From Candidatus Diapherotrites archaeon CG10_big_fil_rev_8_21_14_0_10_31_34 (GTDB taxonomy: Archaea > Iainarchaeota > Iainarchaeia > Iainarchaeales > 1-14-0-10-31-34), in NCBI GenBank assembly GCA_002763225.1, contig PFAI01000025.1:9839-36119 (forward strand): DNA of 26,281 bases, given 5' to 3'. Shown piece after piece: positions 1 to 8,652 of this stretch. Under the pieces are notes generated by a model. The model searched no databases, was not told the DNA's origin, and saw nothing but the letters and a program-made list of their open reading frames with translations. Each line of letters opens with the position of its first letter. Position 1 is the first letter of the stretch. Made by a program: the position numbers and the translations under genes.

Positions 1-43
1 AAAAGCGAAGATAATGCTTTGTGCTTAAACGGCGAAACGTTTA

Positions 44-138
44 TGGGGCCGCCGAGATTTGAACTCGAGTTGTAGGCTCATCAGTTAAAGTTTTCAAATC
101 CCCGAGCCTAAGTGATAACCAAGCTACACTACAGCCCC
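44..138 (-). tRNA. tRNA-Pro (anticodon read as GGG) with a 21-nt intron at 37/38 (79..99); no encoded CCA
   Basis: The reverse complement folds as a cloverleaf: acceptor GGGGCTG/CGGCCCC+A73, anticodon stem TAGGC/GCCTA, T-arm TCGAG-TTCAAAT-CTCGG. BHB central helix TCGG:CTGA with bulges GG^A and TG^A. Confidence 0.9.
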
Positions 139-1170
139 ATACCTTATTTTTTCATCAAAACATTTAATATCTTTTATATTACGTTTTCCTTTTTTCAAGC
201 TTTTGCAAATAAAATCTAAAACTTGATTTTTCATTAATCCTATGCATTTTCCGTTTGTTACCTTTACATTATCAGGAAAAAACCCGCCAAGTTCATTAAA
301 ACGCAAAAAATTTATTTTTTTACTTGTAGTTAAACCATGAATTCCGCTGAATATTGCTGTATCCAGATCAATTCTCATATCCAAACCAATATCATTGAAA
401 ATTTTTTTCCATTGAAGCACTAAATCAGGATGAGCGCATGCTAACCTAAGTGAAAAATCAATCCTTTTCTTGTGTTTATTTCTTTTTATGCTGACTGAAC
501 CATCTGTGCTCATAGCAAAACGTACAGCTATTTTTTTCGTCTCTAAATTTTCATCAAACAGAAATTTAAGAGAAGGTTTGCAATTAGCTTTACAAGTATA
601 AGATTTTGTAAATGCAAGAAGATTTTTCATCATTTTACTGTTTTTGCTTTTTTGGTAATCTAATATCCAAACGGAATTTTGTTTGCCTTTAATAAATGAA
701 GTCTGGTTTTCTTCAAAAGCTATTTTTATCATTGTTTTAAAGCATCTGTGAAGTGTGAAATCACAGCTAAAGAAGCGAACGTGATATCTTTTATCAGATT
801 TTCTGGGTAAAACACAACCATCGGTTAATAATCCGACAGCGACAATTTTCTGCCATTTTTCTGGAGAAAGCAATTCCCTCATTTGATTTTCATTTAAAAA
901 AGGCAAATCTATTTTTTCGCATTTTCTTTTGTTGTTAATTTCTATTAAGTTTATTTTATAATCTTTTACATTTTTTCCTGCTACTTCGCAAAGTTTTTTT
1001 AAGTAATTGTAGGACATGCGATGTCTTCCGCTTCTATAATGAAAAAACAGGCTTCTGTTAAAACCAATTTTTTTTGCCAGCTTTCTTGAGCTTAAACCTA
1101 TTTCTGCAGTAAGTTCATTTAATATTTCTGCTTGTTTTTCTTTTCCTACATCCAAATAAAGATTATTCAT
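124..1170 (-). CDS. Free-standing two-motif LAGLIDADG homing-endonuclease-like protein with N-terminal XRE-type HTH
   Basis: HTH-like LSSRKLAKKIGFNRSLFFHYRSG; LAGLIDADG-like helices VAVGLLTDGCV and VRFAMSTDGSV. The stop codon lies inside tRNA-Pro. Confidence 0.75.
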   Translation of the reverse strand: MNNLYLDVGKEKQAEILNELTAEIGLSSRKLAKKIGFNRSLFFHYRSGRHRMSYNYLKKLCEVAGKNVKDYKINLIEINNKRKCEKIDLPFLNENQMRELLSPEKWQKIVAVGLLTDGCVLPRKSDKRYHVRFFSCDFTLHRCFKTMIKIAFEENQTSFIKGKQNSVWILDYQKSKNSKMMKNLLAFTKSYTCKANCKPSLKFLFDENLETKKIAVRFAMSTDGSVSIKRNKHKKRIDFSLRLACAHPDLVLQWKKIFNDIGLDMRIDLDTAIFSGIHGLTTSKKINFLRFNELGGFFPDNVKVTNGKCIGLMKNQVLDFICKSLKKGKRNIKDIKCFDEKIRYGAVV

Positions 1171-1224
1171 ACTAAAAAAAGTATTTTGTGTTTTAAATAT
1201 GCTTTGAGGGTTAATTGCCGGTAA

Positions 1225-2343
1225 TTATTCAAGCAGTTTTTTATATAGTTTTTCAAGTTCAATTGTCCTTTTTTCTTTTGAATTTTTTCTTGCAGTTTCA
1301 ACTGCATTAACTGAAAGTTTTTCATATAACTTTTTGTCTGAAAACAGTTTATTTATTTTTTCTGCTGCTTGTTTTGCATTTCCGGGTTCAAATAAAAATC
1401 CATTTATTCCTTCTTTGATTGTTTCAGGAATTGCCATTTTGTTTGCGCCAATTGCAGGCATTCCAGAACTCATTGCTTCTGCAATAGTTAATCCTTGTGT
1501 TTCCATTGTTGCTGCAGTAACAAAAACATTTGATTCAGCTACTTTTTTCACTAAATCTTTTCCTTTTAATGCACCGGTAAAAAATACTCTTTTATCTAGT
1601 TCTTTTTCTTTTACTTGTTTTTTTAATGAATCTAATGCAGGGCCTGAGCCAATTATTGTAAGCAAAGCAGTTTTTTCCAGCAATGCAAGGACTTCAATTA
1701 ATACTTTGATGTTTTTTTCAAATGAAATTCTTCCAAAATAAACTAATTTTTTTTGCTTCAAATCTTTATTGCATTTAACTGAATTAAATAAACTAAAATT
1801 TATTCCGTTTGGCAGTACTTTAACCTTTTGTATTCCATTTTTTTCCAGTTCTGCTGTTGATTGATTTGTAGGAGTTGTAGTTAAATCACATTTATTGTAA
1901 AACAGTTTAGTGTAAAACCAGACTCCTTTTTTTGCTAGTTGTGATTTTTTCAAAAAAGGAATTGGCAGATACATCATAAAATCAGGCAAATAAGTGTGAT
2001 AGGTTCCAATAACTTTTTTTCCCAGTTTTTTTGCTGAATTTAATCCAATCCAGCCAATTGAAAACGGAGTATGCAAATGAATAATATCTGGATTAAATTC
2101 TTTTAGTTTTTTTTCTGCTTCCAATGAAATCAATGAACTGATTCTGTATTCTTTGTATGTTGGTAAAGAAAAACTTGGAATCCAGAATACATTAAATTTA
2201 GATTCTGTTTGTCCTTTAACTTTTGGAGCAAAAATCATTATTTGATGCCCTTTTTTTTCCAGTTCTTCTGCAAAGTTGTCTATAGAAATTGTCACTCCAT
2301 TTATTTGAGGCCAGTAAGAGTCAGTAAAAAAAGCTATTTTCAT
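1225..2343 (-). CDS. Glycosyltransferase family 4 (GT-B, diacylglycerol glucosyltransferase-like)
   Basis: MKIAFFTDSYWPQINGV N-terminus, HLHTPF, YHT, GRISFEKN, ETQGLTIAEAM. Confidence 0.9.
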   Translation of the reverse strand: MKIAFFTDSYWPQINGVTISIDNFAEELEKKGHQIMIFAPKVKGQTESKFNVFWIPSFSLPTYKEYRISSLISLEAEKKLKEFNPDIIHLHTPFSIGWIGLNSAKKLGKKVIGTYHTYLPDFMMYLPIPFLKKSQLAKKGVWFYTKLFYNKCDLTTTPTNQSTAELEKNGIQKVKVLPNGINFSLFNSVKCNKDLKQKKLVYFGRISFEKNIKVLIEVLALLEKTALLTIIGSGPALDSLKKQVKEKELDKRVFFTGALKGKDLVKKVAESNVFVTAATMETQGLTIAEAMSSGMPAIGANKMAIPETIKEGINGFLFEPGNAKQAAEKINKLFSDKKLYEKLSVNAVETARKNSKEKRTIELEKLYKKLLE

Positions 2344-2380
2344 GCAGTTATATTTTGAATTTAACTTCTTTAAATTCTTT

Positions 2381-3094
2381 CTATCTTATGTTTTCGTATT
2401 TTTTGCTGGATTTGCCGAAAAAATAAAAGTTTACTGCGTTCTTTAAATGAAAAAAAATGTAATTCAGATAACCCCATGCTTTAACTCTTCTGGCTGAAAC
2501 TTCTACTTGGCTTTTTGAATTCCATTTAATTTTTCCGACTTTCTTTAATCTGTTAAATAAATTTAAATCTTCGCATGTAACAAGACTTGTATCAAATCCA
2601 TTTATTTTATCAAATTCTGTTTTTCTTGCAGCAATATTTGAGCCAATCGGGTTATGCATTCCAATTAAACTCATTAATCCCAAAAACAATGGCATTAAAA
2701 TTCTGCTTCCTTTTTTTTCTATTCCGCTTACATCAGAAAAAAACACGCTTCCATATTGTCCAACTACTTTTGGATGTTTCTGAAAAAAATCAAAGTTTTC
2801 TTGCACCCAATTTTCTTTTACAATTGCATCTGCGTCAGTAAACAACAAGTATTTTCCTTTTGCTTGTTTTGCTCCTGCGTCTCTTTCAGCTGAAATCCTT
2901 CTGACTTTTTCTATTATAATTCTTGCACCCAAACTTTTTGCAATCTTTACAGTCCGGTCTTCGCTGTTGCCGTCTGCAACAATTACTTCAAATTGCCCGG
3001 AAAACTTTTGTAAGTTAATTGACTTTAAGCAGTTTCCAATTCTTTTTTCTTCGTTTAGTGTGCAAACTATTACTGAGACATTTATTTCATCCAT
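2381..3094 (-). CDS. Glycosyltransferase family 2 (GT-A)
   Basis: VSVIVCTLNEE, VADGNSED, FTDAD (DxD), GFD..CEDL, VSARR. Confidence 0.9.
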   Translation of the reverse strand: MDEINVSVIVCTLNEEKRIGNCLKSINLQKFSGQFEVIVADGNSEDRTVKIAKSLGARIIIEKVRRISAERDAGAKQAKGKYLLFTDADAIVKENWVQENFDFFQKHPKVVGQYGSVFFSDVSGIEKKGSRILMPLFLGLMSLIGMHNPIGSNIAARKTEFDKINGFDTSLVTCEDLNLFNRLKKVGKIKWNSKSQVEVSARRVKAWGYLNYIFFHLKNAVNFYFFGKSSKKYENIR

Positions 3095-3135
3095 TTTATC
3101 TTTAATAAAAAAGCAGAACTAGAATAAAAGCTTTT

Positions 3136-3161
3136 CAGTACGGGCTTGTCCCGTACGTTTG
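3136..3161. repeat. CAGTACG-N9-CGTACnTTTG hairpin unit, copy downstream of tRNA-Trp (second copy at 3234..3259, in the intron)
   Basis: cagtacg-ggcttgtcc-cgtacgtttg versus cagtacg-actgaaagt-cgtacttttg. Confidence 0.7.
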
Positions 3162-3182
3162 ATACAACTTTGAAAAGTTGTT

Positions 3183-3320
3183 TGGGGATACTGGGAATCG
3201 AACCCAGATTGCTTAGTTGCTTCCAAACCATTGCAGTACGACTGAAAGTCGTACTTTTGGTTAAACCCTTTGGAAAGGGTTTGTCTGGAGCCAAGCGGGA
3301 TACCATTACCCCATATCCCC
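3183..3320 (-). tRNA. tRNA-Trp(CCA) with a 67-nt intron at 37/38 (3218..3284)
   Basis: Acceptor GGGGATA/TATCCCC+A73, anticodon stem CTTGG/CTAAG, loop CT-CCA-G^A, T-arm CTGGG-TTCGATT-CCCAG. BHB outer helix CAAACC:GGTTTG. Confidence 0.93.
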
Positions 3321-3410
3321 AAATCGCCACTGTCGATTTATGCCAGTGTACCATCTTCGCTTTGGCTCGATGGTACTTATAAAACAGGCTTTAAGAATTT
3401 GGTTTAAAAA

Positions 3411-3419
3411 TATTTATAA
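3411..3419 (-). promoter_or_regulatory. Candidate TATA box for the tRNA-Trp transcript
   Basis: Minus-strand TTATAAATA about 90 nt upstream of tRNA G1. Confidence 0.4.
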
Positions 3420-3558
3420 GCTATTGCAGTGCTGTTAAACAAGATTGATTTATCCCTCGTTTTTGCAAGCCTTTGCCTGCAAAGGCTTCTAGGAGCACCT
3501 CGGAATTTGGAAAAATTAATAAAGGATGATACTCTACTTATTAGTTAAAGGGATTTAA

Positions 3559-4836
3559 ATGAAGAAAATTGCTGTGTTTTTGTTTTTGCTTTTATTGGTT
3601 AGTTTTGTTTATAGTTTGTCTTCAACTGAAGTAACCAATTTTTTTCGTTCTGAAACGCATTACTTGGAATCCAATCAGTCGTTTAGTGAAACTCCTTTTT
3701 TCATTAAATCAGGTGAAAAAAATTATTGGGTTATAGTTTTGATTTCAGAGAGAACTCCAACTGGTTTTGCTGCTGTTTTATCAGATAAAAAAGAAGTAGT
3801 GGAATCTGATTCAATTAACAGGCAGTTGTTTAAGACTGCATATATTTTGTATTCAGTTAATTCATATAGATCTGATTCCCAATGGATTTTTTCTAATTCA
3901 AATAAAGGAAAATTTAATACTTTAACCAGAATTCTTTCAGCTGACGTTCCATTTAAATTGAATTCAATTAAAGAAGGAACAGCTGATTCAGAAATAAAAA
4001 ATAAAGTTAATTTAATGATTTCAATGCTTGATGTAATGTCATCTAAATCAAATGAAATAGAAACTGCATTTGATTCAGTTATTTCATTTGAATTAAATTT
4101 TATTTCAGAGCCAGATACAACTGATGCTGATTCATTGAAATCAAAGTACAATGAAGTTTTTTCTTTGCTGCAGGATTTTAAGGAACTAAAATTTGAGTAT
4201 TCTTTGAATGCACTTGAATTAAAGCAATTGATTTCTGAATCTGAAATAAATGCATCAGATAAACAGCAGTTTTTGGCTTTGGCTTCAGAGCCCCAGCAGT
4301 TAAGTTCAATTGAATCAATTTTTTCTTTGTCTGAAGATGTTTCCCAGAGAGTTGATGAAATTTATTCTGCAGTTAACTCTAAAGTGAATTCCTGGGTGGA
4401 TAATGTTTCTTTAATGCATGAAAGGAATTCAGCTTATGATGAAATTTATTCTGAAGACCAAAAATTTTATACTAAAACAAAAAACAATTTTTACACTTTA
4501 AATGATGCGTTTATTTACATTACAAAAGAAGAAAACAGTCCTTACTGGAAAGAACAAGGAAAACTTTCTTCTTTAAAAAAAGATTTTTCTGAAGCAGAAA
4601 AAGCATTTGAACAAAAAAATTATTCTAAATCAGTTTCTTTTGCAGAAAAAGCTAAATCTGATGCAATAACAATAATTGAATCAGGTTTTTCTGAATCAAC
4701 TAATCCTTTTGTTGAAAACATTGAGGCAATAATAATTGGTTTAGCTGTTTTGCTGGCTTTATTGATTTTGTTTAATAACAGGAAAAAGTTTTTTAAATCA
4801 GCAGAAGAAGAGGAAATAACTGAATTCAAATTTTAA
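3559..4836 (+). CDS. Hypothetical cell-surface protein (N-terminal signal peptide, helical body, C-terminal TM anchor)
   Basis: MKKIAVFLFLLLLVSFVYS signal; IIIGLAVLLALLILF followed by basic NNRKK. Confidence 0.75.
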   Translation: MKKIAVFLFLLLLVSFVYSLSSTEVTNFFRSETHYLESNQSFSETPFFIKSGEKNYWVIVLISERTPTGFAAVLSDKKEVVESDSINRQLFKTAYILYSVNSYRSDSQWIFSNSNKGKFNTLTRILSADVPFKLNSIKEGTADSEIKNKVNLMISMLDVMSSKSNEIETAFDSVISFELNFISEPDTTDADSLKSKYNEVFSLLQDFKELKFEYSLNALELKQLISESEINASDKQQFLALASEPQQLSSIESIFSLSEDVSQRVDEIYSAVNSKVNSWVDNVSLMHERNSAYDEIYSEDQKFYTKTKNNFYTLNDAFIYITKEENSPYWKEQGKLSSLKKDFSEAEKAFEQKNYSKSVSFAEKAKSDAITIIESGFSESTNPFVENIEAIIIGLAVLLALLILFNNRKKFFKSAEEEEITEFKF

Positions 4837-5969
4837 GAGTAAAATTCAATTAAGTCTCCGTCTTTTAATTTAAATTCTTTTGAAACTTTTTGTCCTGGAA
4901 AAGAACCTGAACCCCAGACTTTAACATACTTTAAGTTTTGGGCAAAATCTCTGTGTAATATATTTGCTACTTCTTTTACTGCAGTGCCTTCAGGCAAAAC
5001 CATTGGCTCGTTTAAATCTTCTTTTTCTCCTGGTCTTCTGGTGTAAATCAGGATTTTTCCGAGCAAAGAAAATATTTCTTTTTTTATTTCATCTAGGTTT
5101 TCTTTTGAGTAATAAATGTATTTTACTTCTTTTCCCTCTAAATCTTTTAATTCAATTTTTTTTTCTGTTCCTTTAGTTATTACTGCTAAAAGTTTCTTGT
5201 ATTCAATTCTGTTATCTAATACTTCAGAGATTTTTTTTAAGTCAGCGTTTTCATTTATTATTACATTGCAGTTTTGCAGTGACATGCTTTTAAGAAATTC
5301 AATTAACACTTTTGGTTCCACTTTCAGATAATTTTTTCCTGTAATATCTATTCCGGGAAACTTTGAAGTAGTTATTTGGATTAAAGGTTTTTGCTTGTTT
5401 AATTTAATGTGCACTTCTTTTGTTTCATTTAATAAAATATTTAATTGTTCTTGTGCTTTGTCTTCTTCTAATACTGTTACTACTGCATCAGCATTTCTTA
5501 TAACTGAAAGCAATTGAATTCCGTTTGCTTTTCCTTTAGATGAATCTGTAATTAAAGCCGGAACTTCAACTAACTGCACTTTTGTTCCTTTATAATTCAT
5601 TGTTGCTATTTCAGGTTTTGTTGTAGTAAATTCATAGTTCCCCACAGCTAAATTTGCATTGCTTATTGAGTTAATCAAAGAGCTTTTTCCGGTATTTGGC
5701 GTTCCGATTACTGCTATTTGCCCGCATCCTTCTTTTTTTACGTTAATTGAATGGCCTGCTCCGCTTTTTGGTACACTTTCTTGTTTGTCTATTTTGGTTT
5801 TTAGTTTAGCGATTTTCTTTGAAATTTCTGCTCTAAGCTTTTCTGCTCCTTTATGTTTTGGTGCAGCAGAACGCATTTCCTGTAATGCAGCAAACTTTTC
5901 TAAATCAGTTACTGCTTCATGAAATTTTTTTTCTGCTACTGCATATTCATAATCAGCATTTGAAGGCAT
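4833..5969 (-). CDS. OBG/DRG-family GTP-binding protein with C-terminal TGS domain
   Basis: PKHKGAEKLRAE, G1 GTPNTGKS, G2 YEFTT, TGS-like LHRDF...VKVWG...PGQKV...LKDGDLIE. Confidence 0.88.
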   Translation of the reverse strand: MPSNADYEYAVAEKKFHEAVTDLEKFAALQEMRSAAPKHKGAEKLRAEISKKIAKLKTKIDKQESVPKSGAGHSINVKKEGCGQIAVIGTPNTGKSSLINSISNANLAVGNYEFTTTKPEIATMNYKGTKVQLVEVPALITDSSKGKANGIQLLSVIRNADAVVTVLEEDKAQEQLNILLNETKEVHIKLNKQKPLIQITTSKFPGIDITGKNYLKVEPKVLIEFLKSMSLQNCNVIINENADLKKISEVLDNRIEYKKLLAVITKGTEKKIELKDLEGKEVKYIYYSKENLDEIKKEIFSLLGKILIYTRRPGEKEDLNEPMVLPEGTAVKEVANILHRDFAQNLKYVKVWGSGSFPGQKVSKEFKLKDGDLIEFYS

Positions 5970-6018
5970 TTAAATCAGAAATAAATTTGACTGAAACTGT
6001 TTAAAATATAATAATCAG

Positions 6019-6615
6019 CTACTTTTTCCATACTTTAAACACTATTAGCTCTTCAAAAAACAGTTTTTCCCTGCCAACAATCTCAAATTCAAGCAATTGT
6101 TTTTCCAGCTTTAATTCTGTTTCTTTTATTCCGTTCAGGTTTGACTGCAAAAAAAAGCATTTCCCGTTTTCAGTTAAATGCTTTTTTATTTTTGGAATAA
6201 ATTCATCAATGACTTTTCTTCCGTTTTTTCCTCCGTCTAATGCTTTATCAATCCATTCTTTTCTTTTTCCTTCTTCTATTACATAAGGAGGATTAAAATA
6301 AATGAAATCAAATTTTTCTTTAATGTTTGAAAACAAATCGCTTTCTCTTACTTCAACTTTTAACTGATTTTCTATTGCATTTTTTTCTGTTAACTTTAAT
6401 GCATTTGGATTAATGTCTGCGCATAAAACTATTGCATTTTGTTTTGCTCCAATTAATCCAATTAATCCTGTTCCGCAGCCTAAATCCAGTGTTTTTGATT
6501 TAGGAAAAACTTTAACTTGTTTTGCCAGCAGTAAAGAGTCTTCTCTTGGAAAATAAACTTGTTTATCCGAGAAAAGTTTTATTTCCTGAATTTCAATTGG
6601 AGTTATTTGTTTCAT
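6019..6615 (-). CDS. HemK2/PrmC-type N5-glutamine methyltransferase (archaeal release-factor methylase family)
   Basis: VYFPREDSLLL, LDLGCGTG, FNPPY, DGGKNGR, LFFEEL. Confidence 0.88.
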   Translation of the reverse strand: MKQITPIEIQEIKLFSDKQVYFPREDSLLLAKQVKVFPKSKTLDLGCGTGLIGLIGAKQNAIVLCADINPNALKLTEKNAIENQLKVEVRESDLFSNIKEKFDFIYFNPPYVIEEGKRKEWIDKALDGGKNGRKVIDEFIPKIKKHLTENGKCFFLQSNLNGIKETELKLEKQLLEFEIVGREKLFFEELIVFKVWKK

Positions 6616-7849
6616 CAGCTTTGCAGCCCTTTAATTCCGGATGCAGCAGGCAAATAATCTCTGATATTTTGGCTGTGTTTTTGTTTCCCTGAACTATATA
6701 TTTGCAGTCAAAAACCAGTGAAGGAGTATAATGAACTCCATAACTTAAAGCCAGAGTATTTTCATCCTGTATTTTTTGCATTGGTTCTTTTTCTTTAATG
6801 CATTGAGCGAATTTATTTGCATCAGGGATTTGAGTTACAAAAATCCCTCCATTAATTACTTCTGGACTGCTGTTTTCAACTGCGTCTCTTTCTAATCCAA
6901 ATGCTTCAGGAAATTGTTTTTCATATAAATATTTGTCAAACCCAAAAAACCTTCCCTGTTCTCTTGCGCATTCAGCAACTACTGCAGTTGTTTCACTTTT
7001 TTCTCCGTGAACCAAATAATTTTTGTAGTTAAAGATTATTTCTCCGGCAAATTTTTCTCTTGCTTCCTTTGTTTTATCAAAAATTAATGCACATCCTAAA
7101 GTCTGGTAATCGCAGAATTGTTCTACAATTACTTTTCCTTCTCCTGAATCGCATTCTAATCCGTTTAATAACATTATATTAGGTTTTTTTTCGCTTATTG
7201 CTAAATAGGATTCCGGAATAATATAGTAACCGTTTTTTTTAGTGAACTCTTCTTTAATCAGGTTTTCCACAAAAGGATACTGCTCTAAGTCTTTTGAATT
7301 AACTAATGCAGTCGGAACACTCGTTAAATTAAATTCTGCAATATAATGCTTGTTTTCTTCTTTTGCCAAATCAATTAATGTCACTTCAACCGGAATGTTT
7401 CTTTCTTCAGACTTAAAGTTTGCGATAATTGAGTTTTCTTTTTCACAAAAACCGCATTCAGAAGAATAAAAATTCTTTATTTCAACAGGGGTTTTGATTA
7501 TTTCTGTATCCCATTGCCCTTGTTTTACAGCCTGGTCATTTAAAATTTTTTGAATTCCAAACCCTGCAACTATAATTAATAATATTCCAAGCACTACAAG
7601 AACCCATGGAAAAGACTTTTTTTTCTCTTTTTTTTGGGTTTTTTGCGCTATTTCTATTTTTTCCACTGATTCCTGCTGAATTTCTTTTTCTATACTGTTT
7701 TGTTCTTTTTCAGTTTCTTCAGCTGCTTTATCATGTTTTTCTTCTGTTTTCTGTTCTTTAACTTCTTCTTTTTGTGTTTCGTTCAATTTGCTACTTTTTT
7801 CTTTTTTTATTTCTTTTTGTTTCTCTTTTTTTTCTTCCATTGTTCTCAC
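6593..7849 (-). CDS. Membrane-anchored tandem thioredoxin-fold/DsbA-like protein with charged N-terminus
   Basis: Lys/Glu-rich N-terminus, one TM, FYSSECGFC, SVPT, then a DsbA-like domain (AECAREQGRF, GVHYTPS). Confidence 0.75.
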   Translation of the reverse strand: MRTMEEKKEKQKEIKKEKSSKLNETQKEEVKEQKTEEKHDKAAEETEKEQNSIEKEIQQESVEKIEIAQKTQKKEKKKSFPWVLVVLGILLIIVAGFGIQKILNDQAVKQGQWDTEIIKTPVEIKNFYSSECGFCEKENSIIANFKSEERNIPVEVTLIDLAKEENKHYIAEFNLTSVPTALVNSKDLEQYPFVENLIKEEFTKKNGYYIIPESYLAISEKKPNIMLLNGLECDSGEGKVIVEQFCDYQTLGCALIFDKTKEAREKFAGEIIFNYKNYLVHGEKSETTAVVAECAREQGRFFGFDKYLYEKQFPEAFGLERDAVENSSPEVINGGIFVTQIPDANKFAQCIKEKEPMQKIQDENTLALSYGVHYTPSLVFDCKYIVQGNKNTAKISEIICLLHPELKGCKADETNNSN

Positions 7850-7911
7850 TTAAACTATTTAATTTGCTTTGTTTTTTAAATTTAACGAGATTGTTAGTTT
7901 ACTGGTTTATT

Positions 7912-8652
7912 ATGTTTATTGATGTTCACTGCCATTTAGAGATGTTTAAAGATATTAATGGTTTAGTTAAAGAATCTCTTTTAAACCAAACTCAAAAAAT
8001 GATTTCTTCTTCAGTTGACTTTAATTCAATGAAAAAAAACATTGAATTCTCAAAAAAATTTGATGAAATTGAATGCTGTTTGGGATTGCATCCATCTAAT
8101 ATTCTTTTAATGAAAGAAAAAGAAATTGATTTATCAATAGATTTTCTGAAAAAAAACATTCATTGTGCAGTTGCTTTAGGAGAAATTGGAATTGACTTCA
8201 AGCATGCTAAAACAACTGAACAAAAAGAAAAACAAATCAAATTATACAAAAAACAGCTTGAAATTGCAGAAAAAAATGTTCTTCCGGTTGTAACTCATTC
8301 TCGTTTTGCGGAAAAAAAGTCTTTGGAACTGCTTTCAGATTTCAAAGGAAAAGTTTTATTGCATTGGTTTGACGGAAACAAAAAAACAATTCTTGATGCA
8401 ATAAGAAAAAAATATTTTTTTTCTGTGGGTCCTGCAGTAATTTATAACCCTGATTATCTTGCTAAAGCAATTTCAATTCCTTTGAATCTTCTAATGCTTG
8501 AAACTGATTCTCCGGTAGAGTTTAACGGTGAAACAGCAAAACCTTTTTGGGTTAAAAAAGTTGCAGAAAAATTAGCAAAAGAAAAAGGCATTTCTTTAAA
8601 AGAAATTGAAGAACAAACAACAAAAAACGCTGAAGAATTTTTTTCAATTTGA
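7912..8652 (+). CDS. tatD: TatD-family hydrolase/DNase (start re-called at ATG 7912)
   Basis: IDVHCHL, GLHP, GEIGID, HSR, LHWF, LETDSP. Confidence 0.92.
   Translation: MFIDVHCHLEMFKDINGLVKESLLNQTQKMISSSVDFNSMKKNIEFSKKFDEIECCLGLHPSNILLMKEKEIDLSIDFLKKNIHCAVALGEIGIDFKHAKTTEQKEKQIKLYKKQLEIAEKNVLPVVTHSRFAEKKSLELLSDFKGKVLLHWFDGNKKTILDAIRKKYFFSVGPAVIYNPDYLAKAISIPLNLLMLETDSPVEFNGETAKPFWVKKVAEKLAKEKGISLKEIEEQTTKNAEEFFSI

Noticed and set aside
2..12. The 11-mer AAAGCGAAGAT, also present inverted at 3353..3363 near tRNA-Trp
   Set aside because: A single short match at the window edge that cannot be distinguished from chance.
78..84. CTGATGA in tRNA-Pro as an Ile (GAT) anticodon loop or a box C motif
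   Set aside because: It forms the BHB helix and 3' splice bulge; the acceptor stem and G37 fit Pro; there is no separate partner box D.
3082..3382. Three short ORFs over tRNA-Trp
   Set aside because: They overlap a clear tRNA gene and have no protein motifs.
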